Source of the DNA: the human T2T-CHM13v2.0 reference genome, Homo sapiens
Length of the DNA: 64,000 nucleotides
Assembly: GCF_009914755.1 (NCBI RefSeq)
Contig: NC_060940.1
Reading direction: 5' to 3' (one strand)
In this document: positions 39,190 through 55,990 of the stretch, piece after piece
Position numbering within the stretch: the first letter of the stretch is position 1
Layout of the letters: each line of letters opens with the position of its first letter
The notes under the pieces: generated by a model
The model's database searches: none
Seen by the model: only the letters and a program-made list of their open reading frames with translations
Told to the model about the DNA's origin: nothing
Program-made: the position numbers and the translations under genes

Positions 39190-39335
39190 GGGATTAGGGG
39201 AATGGGGGCACAGCCATTCCCTGTCTGTGTCTTTCTATGAATCTTGGGCAGGTCATTTCCCACCTCTGAGCCCAGCTGCCTAATCCATAAGAGAACATGA
39301 TTTGAACCAAATGAACTTCACAACTTCTCTCTGCT
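39190..39335 (+). mobile_element. MIR fragment
   Basis: cttgggcaggtcatttcccacctctgagcc. Confidence 0.6.
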
Positions 39336-40244
39336 CAAAAATAAAGAGGTTCTACTCTGGGAACCCTTTTCACCACTCTGCTTTGCAATATGCAAATCAA
39401 GTGAATTGGGTAATTGGACAGAGCTGATGGGAACAATTTAATAAACTCTGATAACATTGCACAAAGTAACTGTTCAATTATTTCAAACGGTACAGGAAGT
39501 ACAACAGGGGGGTCCTTAGAAATTACCTTCACATATTAATCGTCTCATCCAATAGAAGCCAAACAAGAATGAAGACTGTGTAGGGGGTGTTTTTGTTTTA
39601 ATTCTGATTAACTGTACTTTCATCTGAACATTTTTCAGCTGTGCTTTGGTCTTCCTCATATGGATGTTGACTGAGTTCTGTTATCAGGATTTTAATTAAC
39701 ATCAGGTAGAGAAGGGGAAGCCAGGATGACACGCTATTACTTCTGTTTGATTTAAAGTCAACGCTGGGGACTCTTCTTCGATGAGCTGTTGAAATTGTCT
39801 TATCTCATGCATTCCAAGGATGGCTGTTTCATGTAAATGTCATTTCTGCTGTCCAAAATGTTACAACACACGCCAGCACAATAGAACTACTGTCTTGTTC
39901 TAAGAGACACAAGGGAGCTAGCAAGCTTTTGATCAAAGGCAAGATTCAAACATCAAAGTAATACCTCTTCTGTAAATTCAAGAATCAGGACTCTGAGTAA
40001 AGGAATGGAGACTCCAGCTTTAGCAATGGCCTAGCCTTCTATCCTGGGAAGTGCCTGAATTTTCAAAGCTTAATCTATCTGCAGAAAACTGTCTGGGAAG
40101 AGGCAGTGTAATGGGCTCGTGGTATGGGTATATTTATTGCATCCTATAGTCAATAAACTTGTATTTAATCTGTATATGTTCATCTGCTCCGTGCAGCCTT
40201 CTCTTCTAGGACTAAAGCTGGAGCTAACGTGACCCAAGAGCTTT

Positions 40245-40870
40245 TGGAGTATGATGAACCTCAGTTCAAATCCATGCTGTACCACGTGCCACTGGTGTGA
40301 CATTATATAACTTACCTTGTCCCTCCAGGCCTCCATTTTTTTCATTTATAAAATAGAAATAATAATATTTGATGCCTGAATATACATGCATTGCAGTATG
40401 CTTATACAGTGGAGTATTTCACAGCAATAAAAAGATGAGCTATTGATAAACACAACAAAAACACTATGTTGAGCTAAAGAAGCTGGACACTAAAAAGTGT
40501 CTATTGCATTATTCCACTGTATGAAGTCCTAGAACATGAGGCCATAGGCTATGGTCTTAGAAGTCAGAATAATGACCCATGGGCTGGGGACAGTGTTGAG
40601 TAGGAAGTGGCATGGAAAACTCTTTGATGAGATGGCAATGTTCTGTATCTCGATCAGGGTGGTGGTTACATGAGTGTGCACATGTGAAAAAGGTCAGCAA
40701 AGTATATTCTATGAAATGGAAATGGATACCTCAATATAAAAGATGGCATCAAAAACATCATGACGTCTCATATGCAAAATTGTTACGAAGATGAAATGAA
40801 GATAGTTCATGGGATGCAGCTGTCCTGGTGGCTAAGATGAGTGGATAGCCAATGAATGATGGCTAGCATT
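40245..40870 (+). mobile_element. MIR interrupted by an L1ME-type 3'UTR (about 40385-40740)
   Basis: MIR halves flank atggcaatgttctgtatctcgatcagggtggtggttacatgag. Confidence 0.7.
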
Positions 40871-40941
40871 ATTGTTTATGTTGTCCTCATCATCCCTGTA
40901 ATCATTTCAGTGGAGCTACATCTGACCCAGAGATTGGGGTC

Positions 40942-40964
40942 TGAAGTTCAACACATAAGGCAAA
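40942..40964. repeat. poly(A), about 23 nt
   Basis: Directly visible. Confidence 0.9.
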
Positions 40965-42434
40965 AAAAAAAAAAAAAAAAAAAACTGTTCAAATTGCCTC
41001 CCGAGGATCCCTTAAATTATCCATAAATCACAGTTTTCTTCACTTGGTTTATACAGCCCCTGCTCAATAAAAGATGTAACTACATGTAATGGAAGCAGTC
41101 ATGGGCCGAATATAATAAAGGAGGCTGTGGGTAAGAAGCACACCTCTGTGGGCACCAGGATCACAGCCAGGGTCTCAACCCGTAAGAGGCTCACAGGTCA
41201 CAAGACCAATGGCAGAACAGCATCATCAGCATCTCTCACCTGTTCCTGGAAATGTGCTCATCGAGAATGGCAGGCATAACCACCAGACCACATAAGTTGC
41301 TCTCTCTCCTTTCCTACGCTCTTCCTCTTCCTCCCATTGGATTTGCATTCTTAATGAAGAATAATGCGCTACCTCACTGTCTTGTATTTCTAGGCCTCCA
41401 TATCCCCTACTGAAATACTGGTAAGCTCTAGCCACTCTGGCTCAGCGGGTTTTCCCAGTTCCCAAAAGGGAAGAGATGGGAGCCTAACGTCATACCCTGG
41501 CTGTATATTATTTTGCTTGAAAGGATAGTAACCATTAAAGTAATTGTTTGGTCAATCCAATATGTTTTATATCATATTTCAAGTTATCTTTCTCAGTGAA
41601 CGGTTTTGCAAGCTTTACAGAATCTTGGGTACTGTTGATCTGGGAGATCACAGTGACAATTGCATCTTGAATTCTAGTGCTCACAGTGGGCAGATTCAAT
41701 AAACAGCTGTCCAGCACCATGCCCTAGAGGACTTCCCTACATAATGGAGCCCATAGAGAACCACAGAGAAGGTGTGTTATTACCAGGGAAGCCTGGCTTT
41801 GGAATGCAGACCAGCAGGGGCTGCCCATGTGAATAGGAACTGAGTAAGGGGCAGAGCCCGTTGCCTGAGGTTCTCATTCTCTCTAACACTGGTGGGCTCC
41901 AACTCTCCCCTTAACACTGTACCCAACATCTCATTAACCCACTTGCAGAGCCACAAGGGAGGCCTGGACACGTGTTAAATTACCTTTCATCACCCTACAG
42001 GTGTGCGAGATGTGCTACAAAAGGACACGCCGTGTCTCCCGAAGCAGGAGGCTCTGCCAGGGATTTTCTCTGAGCACAGGGATCTGGAGACAGTATCACT
42101 TTTGACTTAGAAATGACCTGGATCAAGGACCCGGCTTTCTAAGCATGACAGGATGATAAAAATATTCTCTGACAATGTGTCCATGTGAGATAGAAGACAC
42201 TGAGGTGAGCTCTGGAGCTCAAAGAGTGAATGTCACCCATTCTCTCATCCAAAAGCCACTTATCACACTCAATAACATGACCTAGCTGGCACGAGTGGCT
42301 GTGGGGGAGTCAGAAAGCAATGAAGATTGTAAAAAGAACCTGTAATCAATCACCCCTACTCTCCAGGTGTTTAAGGCCTGGGTGAAAAGAAGGAACATGT
42401 GGACATAAGAAAGTAGAGTTCAAGGCCATTTGAT

Positions 42435-42900
42435 TATTTTCCAGAAACCTACACTAGGTTTCCATCGTGGGCCAGGCCCTGTGCTACCCTGGAGAATCGG
42501 AATGAGTCTGACAGTCAGTCACTGCCTGCGGGGAACCACTTTCTGACAGAGGAGCTGGACAATTAAACAACATCACAATGCATAGTGTTGGGAGGATAAA
42601 GGTGTGTTGAGAGCCTGCAAAAGCACGGATGGAGAAGTGAGCTATAATTCATGCCCAGGTGTGTCAAGGAAACAGTTGGGTTCTGCCTCATTGATTACAT
42701 AGGATTCAGCCAGGGAGACAAAGTGAGGAAAGATGTTCTAGACACAGCGAAGGACACGAGCAATGGCAGGGCGGCTGGACATCCGAGAAGTGGCATGGGG
42801 AAAAGGCCACTGTGGGAGGCTAGCGTGGGGCATGAAGGGCCTCAGGCTAGGTATAATGCTTAAATGTTGCCCAGTGGGTGAGAGGAATGGGGAGGTGAGA
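42435..42900 (-). mobile_element. L2 fragments
   Basis: gtgggccaggccctgtgcta; gtcaaggaa; catgaagggcctc. Confidence 0.5.
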
Positions 42901-43125
42901 GGTAGCCTGGCCTCAGTGTGAGGTGTGGGCTGGGAGGGTGAGAGGCAGGAGGTGGAATAGCCTGGAAGAAGGCAGTGCAGCTGGAGAGGAAGAGAGAACT
43001 CACAGGAAACTTCCTGCAGCATTTGGAGTGGAAGACATCTCCATCCTATTCCTTCATAGAATGCCGGTTCCCTGCAGAAGCTGTATCAGCACCTGCTTCC
43101 TTTCCCTGTGTTAAATCCTTTCCCT

Positions 43126-44023
<898 letters not shown>

Positions 44024-44479
44024 AAGGAGAATGTGTCCTTTACATCTTGCAAAAAGGTGAACTAAAATCTAGAGTAGTTAAATGACTCCATCAAGACCTT
44101 ACCCAATACAATGGTTAAGATTCATGCTTTTTCACTGAAAAACTCAGTTGGATGGAATACTGTGAAATACATGTTTTTCTGAGTTCATTAACCCCATAGG
44201 AGGATTCTTTCTTTTTCACAGACACCCACACACATACTTTGTGTGACACACCAATGAATCACAAGTAGAAAAGCGATAAACTGCCTCTCTGTTGCAAGTT
44301 CCACAAACCTAAAACAAGACAAATATCACTGTAGCAAGCATTTCAATGTCTATGAGCAGAGGAGGAGGCCATTACTACAGTTCTTTAGAGTCCAGTCTGC
44401 CTGAGATGGCTCAAGAATCCATCCAAAAGTCAAGCGCATGACCCTCCTGGCTCTTCAAAGCCTCTTCCGCTAATTCGGG

Positions 44480-44660
44480 CACACCTACTATCTTGTGGGA
44501 AATTCAGGCGTTATGTTGCTTAGTCCTCACAAAAACCACGGAAAGAAGGTAATGCCAACTGCATTTTACAAACTATGGCTCCTCAGCGAATGGTGGAGTC
44601 ATGATATGAACTCAGACCTGTATGAGTCCAAAGTCCATGCCCTTTTGACAGTATACCATA
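44480..44660 (-). mobile_element. MIR fragment
   Basis: tagtcctcacaaaaacc...cattttacaaa...gagtccaaagtccatgc. Confidence 0.6.
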
Positions 44661-44841
44661 CTCATTAAGAAGAAATGTTCTAAGGTTTTCTAATGTCTGC
44701 TTTGTGTATTCATCCATTCCAGAAATATTTATTGAGCATCTTTGTGCAGGTCTCTAAGAGGCATTGGGCATTTTCTTTAAGGAAGTCAGTGGTGGGACAT
44801 CATGAATAAACTATACAATTCCCAGTGTTCCAAAGGGACCA

Positions 44842-45317
44842 TGTATCAGTCAGAGTTTTCCAGAGAAACAGAACCAATACCACGTACACACACAGACACA
44901 CATATACACACAAAATATATAGGAAGATATTTATTATAAGGAATTGGCTCGTGTGATTATGGAAGCAGAGAAGCCTCAAATCTGCAGTTGGCAAGCTGGA
45001 GACTCAGGAGAGTCAATGGGAGAGCTCCAGTTTGTGTTTGAGTCCTTAGACAGAAGAAGGCTGATGTCCCAGCTTGAATAAAGTCAGGCAGAGAGAGCAA
45101 ATTCTTCTCCCTTACTCTGTCTTTTTTTTTCTCTTTGGGCCTTCATTGAGTTGGATATGCCCCATCCACTTTGGGGCAGGCAATCCACCTTACTCAGTCT
45201 ACTGATTGAAATGTCAATATCCAGAAACACCCTCATATATACACCCAGAATAATGAAAAAAAAAAATCTGGGTACCTTGTAACACAATCATGTAAACATA
45301 TAAAATTAACTATTACA
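44842..45317 (-). mobile_element. MLT2 (B/C-type) ERVL LTR
   Basis: ccagagaaacagaaccaata...ataaggaattggctc...taaaattaactattaca; TSD gacca/gaccg. Confidence 0.9.
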
Positions 45318-46017
45318 GACCGGAATTGTATTTAGGTCCAGATGGTCCTCAAGCATTAAATTAGCTACACAGAGCTTGCCTGAAAACTCACATTGAGTCA
45401 ATGCAAAGCTGAAAAGAGAGCTCGGGCCTGCTGACTCCCAGCCCAGTACTCTCTCTGGGACCAGGGGATGGGCCACCTTGGGTAGTTCTTACCAGCTTGC
45501 TCATTGTGTCTGCTTCCAGACGTGCTGCTCTGACCCATCCCTCAGACCCACCTTCCCCATCTCTGTCTGCCACAGATGCCCTCTCTTCTCCAGGGTCCCC
45601 AGCCAGGCCCTCCCCAGCCTGCCCCTTGAATGGGCTCACGGGTGCATCTCATCTCATCCAGTGAAGATCAGAATAACTAATGTCCATCAGGCACACCCAG
45701 GGCCCAGGCCCTCTGAGCAGCCTGGCCAACAACCTCACTTTGGGGAGCAAATGAGTCCCAGACCCATGAGAGATTAATGAGGGACAGTGCATTCACAAGA
45801 AGCCACTCAGAAAACATTTCATTTTCTAGAATTTTGCCAGGACACCTTAGGGATACATTCGGACTTCCCTGCCTGGTTATTTAAACATGGGACAGTCTGT
45901 CATAGGCAGGCTCCCCTGGCCCTCTGAATAAGAACCCTCTTCCTCCTGCAAGATCAGTAGAGATTCTCTTAAAACAAGAACAAACTTCCAACACCCAGCT
46001 GATAAGGGGAGTTAATG

Positions 46018-46225
46018 AGGAAGGGAAGAAGGAAGGGGAGGGGAGGGGAAAGGGGAGAACAGAGAAAGAAAGGAAGGGGGAAGGGGGAAGGAAGGGAAGA
46101 GGGAAGGTGGAAGGAAAGGAAGGGAAGGGAAGGGGGGAAGGAGGGGAGAAGAAGGCAGAAGGGGAAGGGAGGGAAGGGGGAAGGAAGGGAGGAGGGAAGA
46201 GGGAAGGAAGGGAGGAGGGAAGGGC
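46018..46225 (+). repeat. Polypurine (GGAA/GGGGAA)n low-complexity tract
   Basis: About 200 bp almost free of pyrimidines. Confidence 0.92.
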
Positions 46226-46349
46226 CGAACTAAGCAAAACAGGGCAAAGCAGGGTGAGAAAACTCTGTCCATGTGAGGAGAGAGTTTCCATCCCCTCCAT
46301 GTACCCTTTTCTCCCAATAAAGGGGCCCAGGGCACCAATGGGAGAACAC

Positions 46350-48897
<2,548 letters not shown>

Positions 48898-49344
48898 GGG
48901 AGGTGCTAGAAGATGAGTTGTGCATATGGTGGGTGAGAGGATGGACCAGCATGGGGATTCCAGGACTGTCTATTCATGGACTGTTGGTCTTCTCAAGGAA
49001 AACAAAGGACCAGACAGGGACACAATTAAGGACAGGGCAATGTTTCCAACCTTGCTGCCTAGCAGAGGAGACAGCTATGTAAATACCCACTACAGAATGT
49101 GATGGGGCCATTAACAATGGTTCAGACAAAGCACTGGGAGTGTGGCACGGAATGAGAACTCTTGCTGGGAGAGAGGGACTAGCCAGGAAGAGATGATGAT
49201 AGGGGTCTGTCGGCCAGGACAAGGAATTTGAACTTAAACTTGTAAGCAAAGTGAGGAGACCACTGATGGTCTAAGCAAGCAAAGGCCATGAGCAAACTTG
49301 TGTTTGGGAAAGATTGCAATGTGCTCTGTGCTATGGGGACAAGA

Positions 49345-49562
49345 GCATAGCCAGTGGCTTGAGGGTCAAACCCAGCAAGTGTTCCAACTCCAGCTCTTCC
49401 TCTTATCAGTAGTGTCACTCGGGGTACATTATTTAACCTCTCTGGACCTGTGTTTCTCGTAAGTAAAATGAGGACATCCATACTGCGCCTATATCAGTGG
49501 CTTGAAATCAGTAGAACAATCTATTTAAAGACATGTCACATACGTAAGTCTTTAATAAATGA
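49345..49562 (+). mobile_element. MIR SINE
   Basis: ttatttaacctctctggacctgtgtttctcgtaagtaaaatgagg. Confidence 0.75.
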
Positions 49563-49619
49563 TCTCTATAGTTTTCTGTATTTTCTTCTAAGTCATAAAT
49601 GTACAGACACAAATTGGAG

Positions 49620-50158
49620 TGGCTGCCTCTCAAAGACTGTCCCCAAGACCAATCCTGTGTCCGCAACTCTTTAAAAGCTGCTTCTCTCCCTGCAACCCTG
49701 CCTTGCACTGAAAACAGGAACTGTTATTTCCCTGTCAAATGCCTTCTCTCTAGCCATAATGATAGGTCCAGTGCTTGGACATGTGACTCAAGTCTAACCA
49801 ATCAGAGTTGTTTCTCCAGAGACATTTAACTGATACTGGAGAGATGATTCCCTTTTCCTCCCATTGGTGAAGCTGTGGAGATGTGAGTTTTGAAGCTGCA
49901 GATGACCTTGCAATTATAGAGGGAATTCACAAGGAGAGAATGAGGCTAAAGACAGAGACGGGAAGTGGAGGGACAGTCCTTGGGGTGTCTGAAGATCTAT
50001 TACCCGTTCCTGGGCTCCATGGACTTGCCCTGGTTCCTGGCTTTTTGTGGCCTGATTTCTCTTGTCCTTTAATTCTAGAAGCTTTCCAATAAATCTTATT
50101 TTTGGCTTAAACCAGTTCAAGTTTGGTGCCTGTGATTTGTTAGTCCCCTGACTAATGT
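49620..50158 (+). mobile_element. Old MLT1 (J/K/L-type) LTR
   Basis: ggacatgtgactcaagtctaaccaatcagag; ccaataaatc...gcttaaaccagtt...ctgactaat. Confidence 0.65.
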
Positions 50159-51359
50159 GACCAGTAACTGATCTTAGCTTCAGCACATCCCATTAGAGCT
50201 CTGTAATTACCCATATTTCCTCCACCCACATCTAACAAAGAGTTTGTTTCTTTATGATTTAGGGAACATTAATCTCTAAAGACTAAAACAGATATAAAGA
50301 TACAACCAAGGTTCATTGTACACGTAATGAACCACCTTTATTAAAAACACTAAAATGACATAAAATTAGCTCTGTCCCAGATAATCCATGATAAGTTGTC
50401 AGAACCTACATCCTCTCTGTCTGGTCAGACCACTTGGGTGCAGTAAATCTGCAAAAGTTGATAAACATTGAATATTCTTCACTTATATTTATTGTCCATT
50501 CTAAAATTGATGTTTCCCCTTGGACATTTAATCATGGTTTGCTTTGTTTAGCATTCTCCCTGTTCAGAGGAGCACATCAGAAATTGATTCCCTGATAGCA
50601 GGAGGTAGAGGATGAAACACAAATTCAACTACAAGTATTTGGACTTCTCCCCCCTTTCGCCTTTGTGGTTTAGACACTTCATTCCCTAAAGTGAAAGGTA
50701 AGGGCTTTAAGACAGAAAACCAATTGGATTGACGGCATCTAATCAACGAGCATGTCCCAGGGCAAAGGGCCAGACTGGAGTGGACCAACATCCATCTCTC
50801 AGTACCTCCCAAACACTACAGCCCACCCAGGTCAGATTCAAGGAGGCTGGTTCTTTGTTCCCAACGAGCGTGAGGCTGACAGGTGAAAAAGTTTCACTTG
50901 GGCAGAGGAAACGAAATTGAATTCCAGTTGGAGGTTATTTGTCTTCCCCGTGACCTGTAGTGGTCTCAAGTGATAGCATCACAAGTAGCAAGGCTGAAAC
51001 TCACATCTGTGAGTCAATTACTGGGTACCTGCCTTTAGAAACAGTTCTGATGTGTTAGGTTTAAAATGGTTCAAACGTATTGAACAGAAAGGAAAAAGAA
51101 GAGGGAATCAAGCCCCTTAGGGACTTTGTTTGAATCTGTAGAAAGGCTGGATTGAAACCTGCAGAGTATTTATAAAGAAGCTATAGAATCTTTTATTCAT
51201 TTGAAAGGAGTTGGAAGAGAGACCAGGAAATGAGGCAGGGGAGACCAGACTGCAGTGAGAGAGGAACGAGGGGCAATGAGAGACAGCTTTGTAATGTCGG
51301 CCAAAAGGCGCTGTTTCTGAAATTGAGAGGACATTAACCATTGCCATCACTGGTGTCAG

Positions 51360-51530
51360 ACAGAAGATATGGGTAGGAGTCCCACCTCTACCACTCACTA
51401 GTTCTAGAAAAGCTCACTTCCACTCTATGAACTTGTTTCCTTACCTATAAAATGGGACTAAACTTGACACACAAGACTTTGCAAGGATCCAAATGGTACA
51501 GTAGATGTGAAGTCCTTTATAAGCTGTTGA
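51360..51530 (+). mobile_element. MIR fragment
   Basis: ctctaccactcactag...gtttccttacctataaaatggg. Confidence 0.65.
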
Positions 51531-52007
51531 GAGCCACACGGATGCTGGTTATGCTTATGATTAGTTTCATTTAAGCCACAGTGTATACCACATATAAAAT
51601 GGAAGACGTGACAAAGAGCCCAGTGGCCAAATTCAGATGACACCAGCCAAGATTAGAAAAGATAAGGCCCAGGTAAAAAGCCATTTCTATTAAAGAATTA
51701 CTTATAAAAGATCTAAAGCAGGTAGTTTTGTACAAAGTTCTGAGGCCCACAGATTCACAGGCTTGCCTTAGCTCAATAGGATAAGTGGTTTACATTAGCT
51801 GATCACCCATGAGTGATTACATGGTTTTAATGCAAGTTCTCATAATGCTGGGAGACCTTGATAGCTAGAGTCGACTTACCCAGATATCCATGCCTAAGGA
51901 ACGCTGTTTTGCCACTTGTGCGTTTGCTAACTAGCACCACTGCCTCTTAGTGACCTGTTCCTGAATTGCAGTCATAATATGAATCAGAACCATGGCAGCC
52001 TCTCCAA

Positions 52008-52178
52008 CAATGCATCTTAGTGTTGGCTGCATATTAGAATCACCTGGGGATCCAAAAAAGTACTGATGCCTGGAGCCCACCTCCAGATATTAGGATTTAA
52101 GTGGTCTGAATGCATTCTGTGCATTGGGATTTTTAAAAGCTTCCCCAGTGATTCTAAAATACAGCCATGTTCAAGAAT
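52008..52178. mobile_element. MER5B
   Basis: ttggctgcatattagaatcacctgggg...tttttaaaagcttccccagtgattctaa. Confidence 0.82.
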
Positions 52179-52184
52179 CTAGAG

Positions 52185-52401
52185 CAGAAGTCAGCAAACT
52201 TTTTCTGCAAAGGGCCAGATAGTAAATATTTTGGGCTCTACAAGCCATATGGTATCTGTCACAGCTACAATGGCATATGGTATCTGCCATTGTAGGGTGA
52301 AACCAGCTGTAGATAATATATAAATTAATGGACTGTGTTTCAATAAAACTTTATTTACAAAAACAAGTAGTGGGTCAAGGCCCTTGGTTTGCCAACCCCT
52401 A
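52185..52401. mobile_element. MER58A, opposite orientation to the copy at 2890
   Basis: cagcaaactttttctgcaaagggccagatagtaaatatttt...tttgccaacccct; TSD atctagag/ctctagag. Confidence 0.88.
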
Positions 52402-52411
52402 CTCTAGAGCT

Positions 52412-52590
52412 TCAGTACTGAAAGCACAGTCCCAGAAACAGCAGTATCAGCAACACTTGAGAGCTTGTTAGAAAGGAAGACCCTCAGGTTTCAATAAGAT
52501 CCGGCCCACCAACACCCACCCCGCATCGCCCCATCGTACTCCTCCTCCGTGTGAAAAGCATGTACATTCAAGTTTCCAAGGCACTGCTGC
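52412..52590. mobile_element. MER5A-like fragment
   Basis: cagcagtatcagcaacacttgagagcttgttagaaa...acattcaagttt. Confidence 0.6.
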
Positions 52591-52899
52591 AGAGGACACA
52601 CTTTGTGAATCCAACCATCATTACAGTCCCAAAGTGAAGGGTTCCCATCACTGTCAGCATCTCCTCTGCCTGTCACCTCTATCAGCCTGGCTATCTCCTG
52701 GCTGCCACATTTCTGTAGCATCTCCTCCTTGGTGACTCAGACAATCTGGGCAGCTGTCTACATTTGATTACAGTGATTCCAAAAGGTCAATGGAGCCACA
52801 CACTCCAATCTCTATTTTTCATAATAATATAGGAGAAGGATGAGGCTACACAGCCTTATCAGGAGATACACCCCTGCTCTCAGGAACTATCCATTTAAA

Positions 52900-53290
52900 C
52901 CTGCCAAATGTCATGTAGTTTTCCAAACACCCCATGCTGCTTCAAGCCTTTGTGCCTTACACATAGTGCTTGACATACTCACAAGGAAAGTCCTGTGAGT
53001 CATCTTGCCACCAGGGAAACATATCCAGCCTTAAAAAATTGACACTTATGAGACCTTTTCTCCCGCCCTCATCCAGAGTTACTCCTTCCTCCACATTAGC
53101 CCCATAACCCACATACACATTTGCTCTTGCCCTTGTATATTTATGGTGTTATGGTAATGATGGGATTATCAGTTTGTCTCCCCATCTAGTTGCTAAGCTC
53201 TTTCCATTCCAGGGCACATCAATCACTCCTTTCTGCAGTCACATGCCTAGCACAGGGCTTAACACAATAAATGTTTAGTAGATTGACATT
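52900..53290 (+). mobile_element. L2 3' region
   Basis: tttgtctcccc...taagctc...tgcctagcacagggc...aataaatgttt. Confidence 0.65.
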
Positions 53291-54570
53291 GGTTTTAATT
53301 TAATTGACCTAAATGTGAGTTAATATTTCTTTTGTAACTGGCATGCTAACCTAATCACCACAGAACACTTTTAATAATGAATACCTAATAACAGCCCACA
53401 AAAATGTGTTTTCTAGAACAAACTTGGGAAATGTTGCTGCGTAGACAACAGCACTGGCCCAGAAAAGACCCAAGCTTGTCATACCCCCCAGAATTTGGAT
53501 CCTGGCTCTGGCCCCCACCCAGCAATAAGGAGGAGGTAGGAGAGGGGCTGACAGGTTAAATTGGGTTCCTATCAGCTTGAGGCATCCTTCCTGCAAGATG
53601 GTTGCAGAATGGTGTCAGGGGCACATTAGAATTTTCACCCAAACAGGAAAAAACTGGCTTCAGGTAGGGAATCTGCCACCAAGTTCATGGCACAGACAGG
53701 ACCAGAATCACCCTGTATTTGCCCAGGATGCTGTCCAATAGAGCAAGCCAGACCCCTTTAAAAGGAGTTGCATAGGAGGTCGCCTCTGTCACCACGTCCC
53801 CTTCCCCACCTGGCCCACCTACGCCAGGGCTGGGTGGCAGAGCAGAGAGAGAATAGATCCTCAGAAAGGCCTCACACTTAGATCCAAAGCCCCAGAGTGG
53901 TCAGCAACAAAACAGCTTTCCATTACAACCTTGCATTCAGATTTCTGATGGATCAGAGGTCGATCCAAAATGTTCATCTGTCTCATCCCTCCGTCTGTTT
54001 TGAGCTGACATTTTGACCAGGCTTCCACCCAAGAATCCTGCCATTTGGATGATGGCAGCCCAGCTGGGTAGAGTCTTGGCAGCAAATATGGCACCAGGAC
54101 CCTTACTCCTGACTCCCTGCCCAGTGCTCTCTCTGGTCACTGCTCAAAGAAGCCCCACCATCCTATGTGCCAATACCCCCACTGGATGTCAATATTTGTG
54201 CACAAGCACGTGTAAACACTCGGGTGCACTGCTGCATGTATATACAGAGGGAGTGGCAGCTAGTTACCCCATCACAACCTAACATGCAGCTGTTCTAGGA
54301 GGATGAGGAAGAAGCCCGCCAGTGCTCTGCCTTTTGGCACCACCTTCCTGTGCTTGGCCAGAAATGAGAAGCCCAAGCTAACCCACGAGTAGCACTGAGA
54401 AGGCCCTCTCCCCTCTCTGGGCTTCAGTTATCACGTCTCTAAAAGGAATGTGTTGTATTTGATAACAGTCGCAGTTGATACTGATTTGTACTCACTGTGT
54501 GCTCAGAGCTTTATATGCATTTCCTCTTTTGATCTTGACAATGAGGCCATTCTCCAAATGGGAAAGTGAA

Positions 54571-55122
54571 TGGCTTAGGTTGGGGTTCCCCCAAAAGCAA
54601 ATTCTAAGACAAAAATCAATGTGCATATAGTTGGCTTGGGAGATGATCCTAGGAAATATCAGCAGGGAAGTGGAGAAGTGACACAGGGAAGGAATTGCAG
54701 GCCATAGAAGGTGGCTGGTAAACTGGCTACACAGTGGCGACTGGATCAATCCAATGGGACAACTCTGGGAAGTGGGCAGACCATCCACCATCAAATAAGC
54801 CCACCTACAGGACAAAGGAGCCACAGTGTTTACATGAGATTCAACCACATGAAATTGCCACTCATCTTTCACCAATAGAAGTGGAAATTTCATGAAATTC
54901 CACAATATTAATTAGAAGGATGGTTGGTTGGGGGATGCTGGGAGGATGAAGAGGGAAGGTATTGATTCCAAGGACCTTCCATTCCACCTTATATGGCAAA
55001 GCAGCCTTGCAAAGTCCTGGGGTGGGGAACCCCTTGAGCATGCAGATGCAGATTCTGGCAGTGGAGAGGACACACTGAACAGCCAGAGGGTCCTGAGTGG
55101 AGTCCTCACAGCATCTGCCGCA
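54571..55122 (-). mobile_element. LTR16-family ERVL LTR inserted into a MIR
   Basis: cttaggttggggttcccccaaaagca...tgggagatgatcctaggaaa; MIR halves on both sides. Confidence 0.7.
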
Positions 55123-55475
55123 CTAACCAGGAAGAAGCGAGATTCAAACAGGATTCAAATCCAGGGCATCTGTCTGTCACTCATACACTTAACACACACA
55201 CTGCCTCCACTTGATTTCTAAGACTTTATCCTTAGAATTTCCCTGAGTACATAGTCCTTTGCTTCTAAGATTCTAGACGTCTTCAACTCCAAAATCTAAC
55301 ACTCGAAGAAACAAAGTCTTAAACAGTGGGGCAAGACAATTAGCCAAGGCTAGCTATTCCTTTACCTGTTTCACAGACATCTGCCACGTATATATGGTGT
55401 TCCAGATTCTGCACTGGGCTCAAAGGATACACAACGGGAATGCTGCCCTGAGAAGAGGGATTAATACCAACTGAA

Positions 55476-55990
55476 TAGTCGACCCTTGAACAACATGGGT
55501 TTGAATTGCACAGGTCCACTGACAAGGAAGATTTTCTTCAGTAAAAGTTACACAGAGTGTGCCCATTTCTCCTGCCTCCCCTTCCTCCTCCTATACCTCC
55601 TTCACTTCTGCCACCCCTGAGAGAGCAAGACCAACCCCTTCTCTTCCTCCTCTTCCTCAGCCTGCTCAACATGAAGACGACAAGGATGAAAACCTTTAGG
55701 ATGATCTACTTTCTCTTAATGATAGTAAATATATTTTCTCTTCCTTATGATTTTCTTAAGAACATTTTCTTTTCTCTAGCTTACTTTATTCTAAGAATAC
55801 AGTATATAATATACATGACACACAAAATACAGGTTAATAAACTGTTTGTGCTATTGATAAGCCTTCTGGTCCACAGTAGGCTATTAGTAGCTAAGTTTTG
55901 GGGGAGTCAAAAGTTACACATAGATTTTTGACTGCACAGGGGGTCAGCATCTCTAACCTCCCAACCCCATTGTTGTTCAAGGGTCAACTA
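55476..55990. mobile_element. Tigger2-derived element (Tigger2a/b, MER28-like)
   Basis: TIRs agtcgacccttgaacaaca...tgttgttcaagggtcaact. Confidence 0.9.
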
